From an uncultured bacterium (lineage in GTDB: Bacteria > Bacteroidota > Rhodothermia > Balneolales > DATFMH01), in assembly GCA_963783355.1 (NCBI GenBank), contig CAWANF010000007.1, positions 156,192 to 220,191 of the forward strand: a stretch of DNA of 64,000 nucleotides, written 5' to 3'. Shown one piece after another: positions 28,234 to 39,121 of the stretch. A program made the translations under genes and the position numbers. The number at the start of each line of letters is the position of its first letter. Within the stretch, counting starts at the first letter, position 1. Below the pieces are notes generated by a model. The model saw nothing but the letters and a program-made list of their open reading frames with translations, did no database searches and was not told where the DNA came from.

Positions 28234-29337
28234 ATGGATAACAAATTCCGTTACTTTTTTAAAGATATCATCCGGGTAAGAATAGCACTCGCATTCTTAC
28301 TGTTGCTGATGATCTTTTTTCTGGGCTCAGTTGGTTACCATTATCTTATCGGGATTTCCTACTTCGATGGTTTTTATATGACATTCATTACCATCACAAC
28401 CATCGGTTTCAGAGAAATGAGTCATTTTACGGCGGAAGCAAGAGTATTAACAATACTGATCTCTGTTTTTGGTATTGGTACTTTGGCTTATATTGCATCA
28501 CAGACCACCCAGCTGATTTTTGAGAACGAACTGTTTTTTCAACGCATACTTAAAAGAAAAATTAGTAAAATGGAAAACCATTACATTATATGCGGATATG
28601 GGCGAATCGGTCACCGTATCGCCGAGGTTTTGCATGATTCCGGCATCGAAATAATCGTCATAGAAAATGATCCCGAGACGCTTAAGCAACTGAAAGAAGA
28701 TAGGATGACTTATGTTGAAGGGAATGCCCAGGATGAAGAGTCCTTGATAAAAGCGGGTATCGAACGGGCTAAAGGATTGGTTTGTACGTTGTCGAAGGAT
28801 GAAGATAATGTATTTGTTACATTAATAGCCCGTGAACTCAATGAACATTTATTTATATTAGTCCGGACTAACCAACAAAAAAATGTACGGAAGATAGTCA
28901 GGGCCGGAGCAAATAAGGTTATATCGCCATATGAAATTGGTGCCGATCGTATGGCCAACGTTATTTTGCGCCCAAATGTTGAATTATTTGTTGACAAAAT
29001 CGTCAGGCATTCCGAAGAGGAACATTTTTTTGACGAGATCATGGTGTTTGAAAATTCTAAACTGGATAGAAAAACAATTGCCGAAGCGGGCATTCGTCAA
29101 AATTACAATCTGGTCATCATCGCCATTATACCGGCGCAAACACAGAAAATAATTTTCAACCCGGGCAGCAATGATCTTTTGCATAATGGCGATATACTTG
29201 TGGTTCTTGGCGACATGGAACGTATCCAGCGCATGAGAACCCAGGCATGTGGCGATACACGAACTCTTGCAGAACGCGTTGCTACTCAGGATCAATTACA
29301 GAAAATGGGTATCCCAACCGGGTACTCAAAATCATAA
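28234..29337 (+). CDS. Potassium channel protein with RCK (TrkA-N/TrkA-C) domains
   Basis: Two TMs with pore TITTIGFRE, HYIICGYGRIG, AGANKVISPY, FNP. Confidence 0.92.
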   Translation: MDNKFRYFFKDIIRVRIALAFLLLLMIFFLGSVGYHYLIGISYFDGFYMTFITITTIGFREMSHFTAEARVLTILISVFGIGTLAYIASQTTQLIFENELFFQRILKRKISKMENHYIICGYGRIGHRIAEVLHDSGIEIIVIENDPETLKQLKEDRMTYVEGNAQDEESLIKAGIERAKGLVCTLSKDEDNVFVTLIARELNEHLFILVRTNQQKNVRKIVRAGANKVISPYEIGADRMANVILRPNVELFVDKIVRHSEEEHFFDEIMVFENSKLDRKTIAEAGIRQNYNLVIIAIIPAQTQKIIFNPGSNDLLHNGDILVVLGDMERIQRMRTQACGDTRTLAERVATQDQLQKMGIPTGYSKS

Positions 29338-29355
29338 ATAATATTATAATTTTTC

Positions 29356-30543
29356 ATGTTCAGATATTTTACCGCCGGGGAATCACACGGACCGGAACTT
29401 GTTGGTATTGTTGAAGGTGTACCGGCAGGATTAGAGTTATCGGAAAAAGATATTGCTTTTCAATTAGCACGCCGGCAAAAAGGGTACGGACGCGGTGGCA
29501 GGATGGCATTTGAAAAGGACACTGCGGAAATAATGTCGGGCCTGCGATTTGGCAAAACGATGGGCAGCCCAATAGCCCTGCGCCTGCAAAACCGTGCTTT
29601 TCATAAAGATGAACAGAATTGGCCCAAAGTAATGTCGAAAGACGGAAGTAGTGAAGGTATCGAGAGAATCACCGTTCCGCGACCAGGCCATGCCGATCTT
29701 GTTGGCAATCTTAAATATCGGTTTGACGATATACGTCCGGTCATTGAGCGTTCCAGTGCCAGGGAAACAGGAATGCGCGTTGCCTGCAGCGCCATAGCCC
29801 GTCAGTTCCTGCGCAGCTTCGGTATCCGGATTGGCGGACATGTCCTTGAAATAGGTAGTGCCGGTATCCGGGATTGGGATAAAATTCGCGAGATGACCGA
29901 ATCTTATTTAAAAGACGGTGCTGAAACTATTTCACATCGTGCTGACGAATCTGAAGTTCGTTGCCTTGATGCCAATTTGACTGATCAAATGGTCGAAGAA
30001 ATTAAAATAAATCGCAAAAATGGCAGTTCACTCGGCGGTATATATGAAATCATCGTTACCGGTTTGCCGGTAGGTTTGGGCAGTTATGTTCATTGGGATA
30101 GAAAGATCGACGGTCAACTGGCACAAGCAATTATGTCGACACAAGCCATGAAGGGCGTTGAGATTGGACTCGGTTTTGAAGCGGCACGAAGAAGCGGGCA
30201 CCAGGTACACGATGAAATTGTATGGAACGGGTCAGACTATTCGAGAGCTACCAACAGAGCCGGAGGTATTGAAGGCGGGATGACTACCGGGATGCCGATT
30301 ATTATCCGTGGCGCCATGAAACCGATACCTACCATGCTGAAACCATTGCAAACCGTAGATATCGATACGAAGGAATCGCAGGACACCCGTTATGAACGTT
30401 CCGATGTATGTGCATTGCCAAGAGCTGTGGTCGTCATCGAGAATATCATTGCACCGGTTCTGATGAATGCCTTTCTTGAAAAATTCGGGGGAGATTCCAT
30501 AGAAGAAATCCGGGAACATTATTCGAAAAGAGTCGAATCGTAA
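29356..30543 (+). CDS. aroC: Chorismate synthase
   Basis: TAGESHG, RPGHAD, ERSSARET, NRAGGIEGG, MKPIPT, ERSD. Confidence 0.97.
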   Translation: MFRYFTAGESHGPELVGIVEGVPAGLELSEKDIAFQLARRQKGYGRGGRMAFEKDTAEIMSGLRFGKTMGSPIALRLQNRAFHKDEQNWPKVMSKDGSSEGIERITVPRPGHADLVGNLKYRFDDIRPVIERSSARETGMRVACSAIARQFLRSFGIRIGGHVLEIGSAGIRDWDKIREMTESYLKDGAETISHRADESEVRCLDANLTDQMVEEIKINRKNGSSLGGIYEIIVTGLPVGLGSYVHWDRKIDGQLAQAIMSTQAMKGVEIGLGFEAARRSGHQVHDEIVWNGSDYSRATNRAGGIEGGMTTGMPIIIRGAMKPIPTMLKPLQTVDIDTKESQDTRYERSDVCALPRAVVVIENIIAPVLMNAFLEKFGGDSIEEIREHYSKRVES

Positions 30544-30606
30544 AAAATTCATCTTTTCTGCAACTCCTGCCATATTCTTTCGTTTAAATAAATCAGGTAA
30601 ACAATT

Positions 30607-30933
30607 ATGGCACAAAACATGATCGAAAAACTGGAATCGTTTTTAAAAATCGATCCCAAAGATACCTTTACCAGATTTGCGTTAGCGCTTGAATACGTGA
30701 AACTCAATAATCTGGATAAATCATGCGATTTATTTGAGGAAATTGTAGTTGATGATCCCAATTATGTGGGCACCTATTATCATTTAGGTGGTTTATATAA
30801 AAAGATGAACCGGACAGAAGATGCTATTTATACTTTCCGGCAAGGCATGGAAATAGCCAAAAAGACCGGTGATCAACATGCACTATCTGAAATACAAGCT
30901 GCGTTATTGGAACTGGACCCTGACGATGATTAA
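30607..30933 (+). CDS. Small TPR protein
   Basis: DP.D.F.RFALALEY, PNYVGTYYHLG, GDQHA. Confidence 0.85.
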   Translation: MAQNMIEKLESFLKIDPKDTFTRFALALEYVKLNNLDKSCDLFEEIVVDDPNYVGTYYHLGGLYKKMNRTEDAIYTFRQGMEIAKKTGDQHALSEIQAALLELDPDDD

Positions 30934-30994
30934 TTTAATTTTTAGATCCCAAATTTTTATAAAACGAAAGTGTCACAACAAGAGCGTATAAACA

Positions 30995-31984
30995 ATGAAA
31001 TTTCACTTAAAAACCTCATCTCTTCTTTTTGTCATTCTTTTTTTTAGCATTTCAGCTTTTGGCCAGGCTGTGAATAATAAGACCCATACGGTAAAAACCA
31101 ACGAAACGCTATTCAGCATTGCACAGGAATATAATGTTTCGGTAAGAGACCTGAGAAAGTGGAACGATATAAAGGATAATACCATCAATATCGGGCAAAA
31201 GTTGATCGTTGCACCTCCGGCATCTCAACTCAACAAAGAAAAAAAATTAACAAAACCGGCCGGATCGCCGGGGAATACATCATTTCTGAATTCCGGCAAT
31301 ACCGGGCAATCGTATTACAAGGTGAAAAGCGGTGATAATTTATACAAAATTGCCCGCCAGTTTAATATGACCCTCGGAGAACTGAAAAGATTAAATAATC
31401 TCAAATCCAATTCACTGAATATTGGCCAGCGGTTGCGAGTCAAAGCCCAAATTTCGGCACCTTCGGTTGCTTCAGGAAATAAGGAACTTTCTTCTACAGC
31501 CCAGGGACGTTTTGTTGAATACGATGTTAAGAAGACGGAAAATGTATCTGATATTCTCAAAAAATTCCAGATGGATAATTATGAATTTTCAGCACTCAAT
31601 TCGGATATTTCTGGCAGCAAATTATATCGGGGACAAACTGTTACCGTCTTATTACCGGCAACAGTTAATCATAAAAATCCATACAGAATCAATGCTGATT
31701 TAAAATCCATTGAAGAAACGAATGCTGTTTCATATCCGGAAAATGAAGCCGGAAAGCCGACAACCAGTGGATCTCTGTACAATCCCGATGCATTGACAGC
31801 CGCCAGTTCCACGTTGCCGCTTGGAACGGTCATTTTTGTAAACAACCCGGCCAACGATAAAGGAATTTTCGTTTTGGTAAACGATCGGATCACCAACGGA
31901 AATATTAAACTATCACAAAAAGCGTATTCAGAATTAGGTTTGAACAGTCAAAATCACGGTGTTAAAATTTCTGAAGTAAAATGA
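30995..31984 (+). CDS. LysM-repeat protein with C-terminal RlpA-like (DPBB) domain
   Basis: HTVK..ETLFSIA, YKVKSGDNLYKIA, a third degenerate LysM; SG.LY.P..LTAA..TLPLGT, VNDR. Confidence 0.87.
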   Translation: MKFHLKTSSLLFVILFFSISAFGQAVNNKTHTVKTNETLFSIAQEYNVSVRDLRKWNDIKDNTINIGQKLIVAPPASQLNKEKKLTKPAGSPGNTSFLNSGNTGQSYYKVKSGDNLYKIARQFNMTLGELKRLNNLKSNSLNIGQRLRVKAQISAPSVASGNKELSSTAQGRFVEYDVKKTENVSDILKKFQMDNYEFSALNSDISGSKLYRGQTVTVLLPATVNHKNPYRINADLKSIEETNAVSYPENEAGKPTTSGSLYNPDALTAASSTLPLGTVIFVNNPANDKGIFVLVNDRITNGNIKLSQKAYSELGLNSQNHGVKISEVK

Positions 31985-32709
31985 GAGCACTTGGGCAGGC
32001 GATAAATAAGTATCACCGGAACACCAAAAGCCTGGTTTACAGTTACCTGGCCAGTTTGCCCTTATTATTTCTTTATGAATTTCTGATTTACGTTAGTCAG
32101 CCCGATACGCATCATTATGTCAGGATAGCTGCCGATGTCTGGATTCGTCAGTTTCTGGCAATGCTCGGTTACAATACCACCATTCTCACATTCGGTATTG
32201 CGTTGATCGTCGGTATCGTTATCTTCATAATCGACCGCAAGAAAGAGACGGAACTTAAAATTTCGTATTTCCTGGGAATTATTTTAGAATCGTTGGTTTA
32301 TGCTGTTGTGCTGGCCATCGTTATTTCACGCTTTACGACGGTTCTGGTCAATGCAGTGCCATCAGAAAATGTGCCTTTATCACCCATTCAATCATTTGCG
32401 CTTTCTCTTGGTGCCGGACTCTATGAAGAACTTTTCTTCCGTGTCATTCTAGTAAGCGCCTTTCTTTGGATTTTTAAATTATTAAAATTCACGCAATGGG
32501 CACGTTATTTCGCAGCTGTCGTCGCGTCGGCTGTTCTCTTCAGCCTGGCTCATTTCACAGGTTCGCTGGGTGAACCCTTTACACTATATGCGTTTATCTT
32601 TCGTTTCTTATTTGGACTGGCGTTAAATTTAATTTATGTGACTCGTGGTTTTGGGGCAGCAGCCTGGACTCACGCACTTTATGATACGCTTCTGATATTC
32701 ATATTATGA
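31981..32709 (+). CDS. CPBP (Abi/CAAX) intramembrane metalloprotease
   Basis: AGLYEELFFR, FSLAH, THALYD; ATGA overlap with the LysM gene. Confidence 0.9.
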   Translation: MRALGQAINKYHRNTKSLVYSYLASLPLLFLYEFLIYVSQPDTHHYVRIAADVWIRQFLAMLGYNTTILTFGIALIVGIVIFIIDRKKETELKISYFLGIILESLVYAVVLAIVISRFTTVLVNAVPSENVPLSPIQSFALSLGAGLYEELFFRVILVSAFLWIFKLLKFTQWARYFAAVVASAVLFSLAHFTGSLGEPFTLYAFIFRFLFGLALNLIYVTRGFGAAAWTHALYDTLLIFIL

Positions 32710-33011
32710 AATCCTTAAATAACAGAATAAAATAAGTTTCTTCTGTTATTTGACAAATAGTTTTATATAATTAATAATGTGTAGCAAATTCCGAAAAACG
32801 CACAACTAAATTCATTAATAGACAAACACTAACAGCTCATAGATATTATATATCAAGTTATAATTTTAATTAATTTTATATATATTACTGTTCGGGATTT
32901 GAATAGACAATATTAATATTAGAAGTATATAACTATTAAAAAAACAAAACCTTAATAGGTTTATGTATACGTATCGATACCAATTAACCACAACATCGAT
33001 CGTGATTAAAA

Positions 33012-33635
33012 ATGTTAGAAACTGATATAAAAACTTTACATTCCACTATTGATACCGGGATGGCCGCTTTAAGCAAGGAAGATTTAATAAAACAAGATGA
33101 CTTCAGAGAAGAGATGCTTCCCCATTTGGATGCTCTGTATAATTTTGCACTGAGATTATCCACCGATCCTAATGACGCAGAAGATCTTGTACAAGATACT
33201 GTCGTTAAGGCTTACCGGTTTTTCCATAGCTATGAGAAAGGTACGAATGCAAAAGCATGGCTTTTTCGTATCCTGAAAAATTCTTATATAAACAAATACA
33301 GGAAACAGTCAAAACAGCCTTATAAAGTCGATTATAACGAAGTATCTACGTTCTACGAATCAATCAGAAGTGAGCGTACAGACACTACAGACCTGGAAGA
33401 AATTCTTTACAGGGAATTGCTCGATGACGATATAACATCAGCATTGGAAAACCTGCCGGAAGATTTCCGCACCGTTGTAATGCTCTGTGATATTGACGGT
33501 TTCACCTACGAAGAAATTGCCAATATGCTCGACGTTCCTATCGGAACCATCCGTTCCCGTTTGCACCGGGGACGAAACTTGTTACGTTCTGAACTTCTGG
33601 AATATGCTGAAAGACGAGGCTATAACCCTGACTGA
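33012..33635 (+). CDS. ECF sigma-70 factor
   Basis: DAEDLVQDT, KAWLFRI..N.YIN, L.DIDGFTYEEIA..L.VPIGT..SRLHRGR. True start may be the ATG at 33060. Confidence 0.93.
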   Translation: MLETDIKTLHSTIDTGMAALSKEDLIKQDDFREEMLPHLDALYNFALRLSTDPNDAEDLVQDTVVKAYRFFHSYEKGTNAKAWLFRILKNSYINKYRKQSKQPYKVDYNEVSTFYESIRSERTDTTDLEEILYRELLDDDITSALENLPEDFRTVVMLCDIDGFTYEEIANMLDVPIGTIRSRLHRGRNLLRSELLEYAERRGYNPD

Positions 33636-33775
33636 TTCACATTAGGCAGTAAACGGCTATTAATGATCGTTTTAATACCTGGATATATTTGATTATCCAC
33701 TTTTGAGGGAAGTTTATGCCTGTAAAAAACCTATAATGAACTCCTCTCAACTCAATTTATAATATTATTTATCAA

Positions 33776-35083
33776 TCAGATTGCAACGTCATCAACAGCA
33801 GGAATCTCTATACGTATAATCGTTCCTTTGCCTGAAGATGAATAAGAAACAAAGATTTTTCCCCGGTGATATTCTTCGATAATCCGTTTTGTCAGGCTTA
33901 ATCCCAGGCCCCATCCACGTTTTTTAGTACTGAATCCGGGTTTGAATATCTCTTTGTAATTTCTCTTCTCAATTCCCTTGCCCGAATCTTCAATTTCGAT
34001 GATATAATCTTTTTCAAGTTGAAATGACGTAACTTTGATGTATGAACCTTTTTGCTTGACATCTATGGCATCGAGAGCGTTTTTTATCAGGTTTTCAATG
34101 GCCCACTGAAACAAATCGGCATTTAGTTTCAATTTCACCCGCGATTCCGTTTTGCTAATCAAATTGACGTTTTTACCCAATTGCGGCATACGTCGCTCCA
34201 TATATCCAACAACTTCATCCAGTACAGGGCCTACACGCTGAGTTTTTAATTCCGGGGCTGAACCGATTTTGTTGAATCGTTCCGCCACATCCTGCAACCT
34301 ATCCACATCTCGTGTTAATTCAAGGATGATCTTCTGCATGTTTTCATCATTATTAGCCTCGTTCATTAAAGCTATCCATCCTAATAAACTCGAAATAGGC
34401 GTTCCCAATTGGTGAGCAGCTTCCTTAGCCATTCCAACCCACAGATTCGACTGCTCATTCTCCCGGACACTGCTCCAGCTGTAATAGGCTAATCCAAGGA
34501 AAATGGCTAATAATCCAAACTGAAGATAGGGCAAAAAGCGAAGCATCTTCACCGTAGCGCTTTCCCCGTAAAAAACATACTGCTTCTGACTTTTATCTCC
34601 CGTACCGACGACAATCTCTATGGGCTGGTTTTTCTCCGATAGCTCTTTTACAATTTTAGGCCCCAGATTCTTTTTTGCAATATTCCGGGAATATAGAATG
34701 GTCTTATTACTGTCTGTGACCACGGATGGAATCTGAAATCGATTTTTGATGATAAGCTCCGAGGCAACAAAATCAAGGGCCGCATTAGCCAGATCCCCGC
34801 GAGCTCGCTGAAGTTTATCGTTCCATATTTTCTTCAGATTATCCGGTATATAAGGTTTGGAATCGATGTTTTTTCCCATCAATTCCAATTCACTTCGAAT
34901 ATCAACATTCTGTGGATTACCATTATACTCAATGGCTTTTGCCCACAATTCAACGCTGTTTCGCTCTTTCTCTCTTAAACGGCTGACGAGATATTGCGTA
35001 TAGATGAATGACCCAAGTCCAATAAACACCAACAGGATGATCAGTAACGTCCGCATCTTTGCGGATGCAATGGAAATATTCAT
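33776..35083 (-). CDS. Membrane sensor histidine kinase
   Basis: Two TMs, H-box AHQLGTP, ENLIKNALDA, DSGKG, F.PGFSTKKRGWGLGL. Confidence 0.93.
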   Translation of the reverse strand: MNISIASAKMRTLLIILLVFIGLGSFIYTQYLVSRLREKERNSVELWAKAIEYNGNPQNVDIRSELELMGKNIDSKPYIPDNLKKIWNDKLQRARGDLANAALDFVASELIIKNRFQIPSVVTDSNKTILYSRNIAKKNLGPKIVKELSEKNQPIEIVVGTGDKSQKQYVFYGESATVKMLRFLPYLQFGLLAIFLGLAYYSWSSVRENEQSNLWVGMAKEAAHQLGTPISSLLGWIALMNEANNDENMQKIILELTRDVDRLQDVAERFNKIGSAPELKTQRVGPVLDEVVGYMERRMPQLGKNVNLISKTESRVKLKLNADLFQWAIENLIKNALDAIDVKQKGSYIKVTSFQLEKDYIIEIEDSGKGIEKRNYKEIFKPGFSTKKRGWGLGLSLTKRIIEEYHRGKIFVSYSSSGKGTIIRIEIPAVDDVAI

Positions 35084-35177
35084 AATACAATACCCGAATG
35101 AATAAGCAATACCGGCACATAAGGTTAAAATTACCGGCTCTTTACAAACTTAAATATCGTACAAAATCTTAACATAC

Positions 35178-35206
35178 AAAAAAAGCATCTCCCAAAGGAA
35201 GATGCT
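35178..35206 (-). terminator. Intrinsic terminator after clpX
   Basis: agcatct...agatgct stem with an A-run on the + strand 5' side. Confidence 0.7.
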
Positions 35207-35234
35207 CTGTAGCATGAATAATTAAAATGGATAA

Positions 35235-36488
35235 TCAGGCCGATGCTTTTCGTTTTTCATAAATCGGCGGCGCCTGCGACTCGATGGTCTCACGCGTAAT
35301 GATACACCGTTCAATATTTCGCATCGTAGGCAATGTAAACATAATATCCAGCATCGAACGCTCCATGATAGAACGAAGTCCGCGAGCGCCGGTTTTTCGG
35401 GCCATCGACTGTTCTACAACGGCCGTCAGGGCATCGTCTTCGAATACCAGCTCAATGCCTTCCATCTCAAAAAGCTTTTTGTATTGTTTGGTGATGGCAT
35501 TTTTGGGCTTGGTCAGGATTTCGATCATACTTGCCTTATCCAGATCGTGTAAACCGGAAATAACGGGCAGACGTCCGATCAATTCAGGAATCAAACCAAA
35601 ACTCTGCAAATCTTCCGGTTCCACATGCGTAAAAATATCCGGGTCGTTCTTATCGTGACGGAATTGCGTGTTGTTATGAAATCCCATCACACTGGTCGAT
35701 AAACGACGGGCGATAATCTGCGAAAGTCCGTCGAAAGCTCCGCCAACCACAAAAAGAATATTTTTGGTATCGATGCTGATGAAACTCTGCTCCGGGTGCT
35801 TGCGTCCACCTTTTGGCGGAACATTAGCAACCGTTCCTTCGAGTATTTTCAGAAGAGCCTGTTGAACGCCTTCACCGGATACGTCTCTTGTGATAGACGG
35901 ATTATCTGATTTTCGGGCGATCTTGTCGACTTCGTCGATATAAATAATACCGGTTTGTGCTCTTTCGACATCGTAATCGGCTGACTGCAACAAGTTAGAT
36001 AAGATGCTTTCCACATCTTCGCCCACATAACCTGCTTCGGTCAATGCCGTTGCATCAGCAATACAAAATGGTACATCGATGATATTAGCAAGGGTGCGCG
36101 CCAGCAGGGTTTTTCCACAACCCGTTGGGCCAAGCAACATGATATTGCTTTTTTCCACTTCCACTTCATCGATATTGTTACTATCGTTACTTATCCGTTT
36201 ATAATGATTATAGACGGCAACCGACAAGGTCTTTTTTGCATATTCCTGTCCGATGACGTATTCATCAAGTTTCGCCTTGATTTCAACAGGCTTAAGCAAC
36301 GGTTTGTAATTGGCTGAGCGTTTTTTTGCCCTCGATGCTAAATCGCTTTTTACTATGCCAGAAGCATCGGCTACGCAACGATCACAGATATAAACATCCG
36401 GACCGGCAACCATGCTATTCACTTCATAGTTCGAACGACCACAAAAAGAACAATATATCAGCTTGTCTTTATCTTTCTGTTCACTCAT
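35235..36488 (-). CDS. clpX: ATP-dependent Clp protease ATPase subunit
   Basis: CSFC..CDRC zinc finger, [39 protein letters not shown]. Confidence 0.98.
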   Translation of the reverse strand: MSEQKDKDKLIYCSFCGRSNYEVNSMVAGPDVYICDRCVADASGIVKSDLASRAKKRSANYKPLLKPVEIKAKLDEYVIGQEYAKKTLSVAVYNHYKRISNDSNNIDEVEVEKSNIMLLGPTGCGKTLLARTLANIIDVPFCIADATALTEAGYVGEDVESILSNLLQSADYDVERAQTGIIYIDEVDKIARKSDNPSITRDVSGEGVQQALLKILEGTVANVPPKGGRKHPEQSFISIDTKNILFVVGGAFDGLSQIIARRLSTSVMGFHNNTQFRHDKNDPDIFTHVEPEDLQSFGLIPELIGRLPVISGLHDLDKASMIEILTKPKNAITKQYKKLFEMEGIELVFEDDALTAVVEQSMARKTGARGLRSIMERSMLDIMFTLPTMRNIERCIITRETIESQAPPIYEKRKASA

Positions 36489-36537
36489 GGGAACAAATTG
36501 TATTATTAATGTCGATTAAAAAAACAGTAAACAATAA

Positions 36538-37182
36538 TTACTTCTTACGATCCAAAATCTTATCAACTATACCGTAATCTACAGATTCTTTTGCATCCAT
36601 CCATTTATTTCTATCAGAATCCTGGTAGATCTGATCAATGGACTTACCCGAATGATGGGCAAGTATGCCACTCAATGTTTCTTTCATGCGGATAATTTCA
36701 CGAGCCTCGATTTCAATATCGCTGGCCTGGCCTTGAACACCGCCAAGAGGTTGGTGAATCATTACTCTGGAATTTGGCAATACGGAACGTTTCCCGTTGG
36801 CACCGGCTGTAAGTAATACCGCTCCCATTGAGGCCGCCATACCCAGACAGGTCGTCGATACATCGCATTTCACATGCTGCATGGTATCGTAAATAGCCAG
36901 CCCTGATGAAACAACGCCACCGGGACTATTTATATACAAATTAATATCTTTTTCCGGATCTTCCGATTCCAGGAAAAGCAATTGAGCGATGATATTACTT
37001 GCAACGGCGTCATTTATCGGTGTTCCGAGAATAACAATCCTGTCTTTTAATAAACGAGAATAAATATCATAAGCTCGTTCCCCGCGATTGGTGGTCTCAA
37101 TCACCATAGGGATCAGATTGCTTTGAACCGGATTCTCGGAACCGGCATTCATATCAAATATTGGTTGTTTTGGAATAATCAT
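36538..37182 (-). CDS. clpP: ATP-dependent Clp protease proteolytic subunit
   Basis: [33 protein letters not shown]. Confidence 0.98.
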   Translation of the reverse strand: MIIPKQPIFDMNAGSENPVQSNLIPMVIETTNRGERAYDIYSRLLKDRIVILGTPINDAVASNIIAQLLFLESEDPEKDINLYINSPGGVVSSGLAIYDTMQHVKCDVSTTCLGMAASMGAVLLTAGANGKRSVLPNSRVMIHQPLGGVQGQASDIEIEAREIIRMKETLSGILAHHSGKSIDQIYQDSDRNKWMDAKESVDYGIVDKILDRKK

Positions 37183-37193
37183 ATAGGAAACCC

Positions 37194-38474
37194 TTAATCT
37201 TGTTTTTTATGCTTCTCTTGATAAGCATCTTTTGAAAGTTCTTCTATTTTAACTTCCTCAAGCAATTTTTCAAAAAGTTTTTCATCTCTGATACCCATTC
37301 TTAATTGCTCTAGCTGTTCACCACTCGAAGCATAAAACTGTTTGAGCATATCAACGGTTAATCCATATCGTGCCGCCTCAACTGATAAATGAGCGTCGAT
37401 ATCTTCAGCCGTTATTTCGACTTCGTATTTCTTATCAAGTTCATCTGAAATAAAAAACCACTTTGCATCATTAACGGCTCTGTCCTTCGATTTGTTTTTA
37501 AATTCTTCTTCATCGAAATCGGCAGGCAGATTTTGACCATACTGCTGTTTTGTCTGAGCTAAGTAATTATTTAAAATTTGATTTAGAACTAGTTCCGGAA
37601 CTTCGAATTCATGAGCCTTGATCAATTCATCGGCTATCTGGTTTTTAGCCAGGTCCTTCGAAGCCTGATCATAATATTCCTGAATCCTGCTCTTTATTAA
37701 CCCTTTATATGCGTCAACCGTTTCCGCTTCATCTTTGCTAAGTTCTTTTGCCAGCTCATCGGTAAGTTCGGGTTTATCAAGTTCCTGTACTTTCTTCAGC
37801 GTCAGTTCAAATTTCTCTTTTTCGTCCCCTTCGCCCAAATCAACTTTTACTTTATCACCTGTTTTTTTACCGACAAGAGCATCCTTGAATGCTTTATTTT
37901 TTTCTTCACGAAGATCCAGTTCCTGGTCTTCGTCTTTATCTTCTTCTTTTGGCTTTCCTTTTTCATCGAGGGAAACAGCATCAACCACTACTTTGGAATG
38001 ATCGGTTGTTTCTCCATCGCTATCTTTCCATTCACTCTTGTGTTCCAGCTGATGCTCGATTTCATGTTCCACTTCATCATCCGTAACATCGTGAACCATC
38101 ATATCTATCGTGATGGATTCGATATCCGTCAATTCAAATTCCGGTTTTGTGCCGATCTTAATTTTCGCTTCAAGCTGGCCATCTTCCCATTTCAAATCCA
38201 AAAATTGAGGTTCTCCAACCGGCTCATGTTTCGGAGCAATTTCATCACGAAATATGTCATTCACGTAATGCTGTATCTCCTCCATTTCAATTTCTTTACC
38301 ATACTTTTTCTTCACTATGGCAATAGGCACCTGGCCCGGACGAAAACCCGGAATATTCATTTGTTTCCGGTAGTTACGATACGCTTTTTCAAATTTAGGA
38401 GCTAAATCCTTACTGTCAGCCTTTATCGTTATTTCTTTGTCAACTTTGCTTAATTCTTGAACGGATATATCCAC
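37194..38474 (-). CDS. tig: Trigger factor
   Basis: IPGFRPG ribosome-binding motif; tRNA-Leu-tig-clpP-clpX order; GTG start. Confidence 0.94.
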   Translation of the reverse strand: MDISVQELSKVDKEITIKADSKDLAPKFEKAYRNYRKQMNIPGFRPGQVPIAIVKKKYGKEIEMEEIQHYVNDIFRDEIAPKHEPVGEPQFLDLKWEDGQLEAKIKIGTKPEFELTDIESITIDMMVHDVTDDEVEHEIEHQLEHKSEWKDSDGETTDHSKVVVDAVSLDEKGKPKEEDKDEDQELDLREEKNKAFKDALVGKKTGDKVKVDLGEGDEKEKFELTLKKVQELDKPELTDELAKELSKDEAETVDAYKGLIKSRIQEYYDQASKDLAKNQIADELIKAHEFEVPELVLNQILNNYLAQTKQQYGQNLPADFDEEEFKNKSKDRAVNDAKWFFISDELDKKYEVEITAEDIDAHLSVEAARYGLTVDMLKQFYASSGEQLEQLRMGIRDEKLFEKLLEEVKIEELSKDAYQEKHKKQD

Positions 38475-38527
38475 TTACTTATCTCGATTGGTTTAGATGT
38501 GTTATAATTTCTTGCTATTTTTGAAAG

Positions 38528-38608
38528 TACGAGAGGGGGGACTCGAACCCCCACGCTGTGAAGCACTAGATCCTAAATCTAGCGTGTCTACCATTCCACC
38601 ACTCTCGC
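38528..38608 (-). tRNA. tRNA-Leu (anticodon TAG); CCA not encoded
   Basis: Reverse complement: acceptor GCGAGAG/CTCTCGT+A, D-loop GGAATGGTAGAC, anticodon arm CTAGA-TTTAGGA-TCTAG, long variable arm, GGTTCGAGTCC. Confidence 0.96.
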
Positions 38609-38793
38609 AGATTAAGTTATGTTTCTACACATACATCTTAACTGGATTAGTACAATGTTCATAGACTCGCTAAATTAACACTAATTTAAGTGGTTTTCAA
38701 TTTTATTTCAGGCCGCCAAAGTGGCCGAAATAAGCCATGGAATAAGGTTTATACCTTTTACACGAACCAATTTAATAATCCATTTTATCGCTT

Positions 38794-39105
38794 ATGTATG
38801 TTGTTTATATAACCACTCGAAATCGCGATGAAGCCATTCAAATTGGAAAGATCCTCGTCTCTGAACGCTTCGCCGCCTGTGTCAATATTATTGATAAAAT
38901 GCATTCCATTTACTGGTGGAAAGATAATATTCAGGAAGATGACGAAGCTGTGCTCATCGCTAAAACTGGCAAGAAAAAAATGGAAGCATTGACTGAGCGT
39001 GTCAAAGAGTTGCACAGCTATTCTTGCCCCTGTGTCGTTGCTTTGCCAATAAAGGCAGGGAATCAGGATTATTTAAACTGGATTAATCAGGAGACCAATC
39101 GTTAA
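38794..39105 (+). CDS. cutA: Divalent-cation tolerance protein CutA
   Basis: LVSERFAACVNI, SIYWW, HSYSCPC, YLNWI. Confidence 0.94.
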   Translation: MYVVYITTRNRDEAIQIGKILVSERFAACVNIIDKMHSIYWWKDNIQEDDEAVLIAKTGKKKMEALTERVKELHSYSCPCVVALPIKAGNQDYLNWINQETNR

Positions 39106-39121
39106 TAGTTGAACAGAAAAA

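Noticed and set aside
38528..38793. tRNA-Leu as an integration site
   Set aside because: No integrase, no duplicated tRNA 3' end seen in the window, and the conserved tRNA-tig-clpP-clpX order is intact
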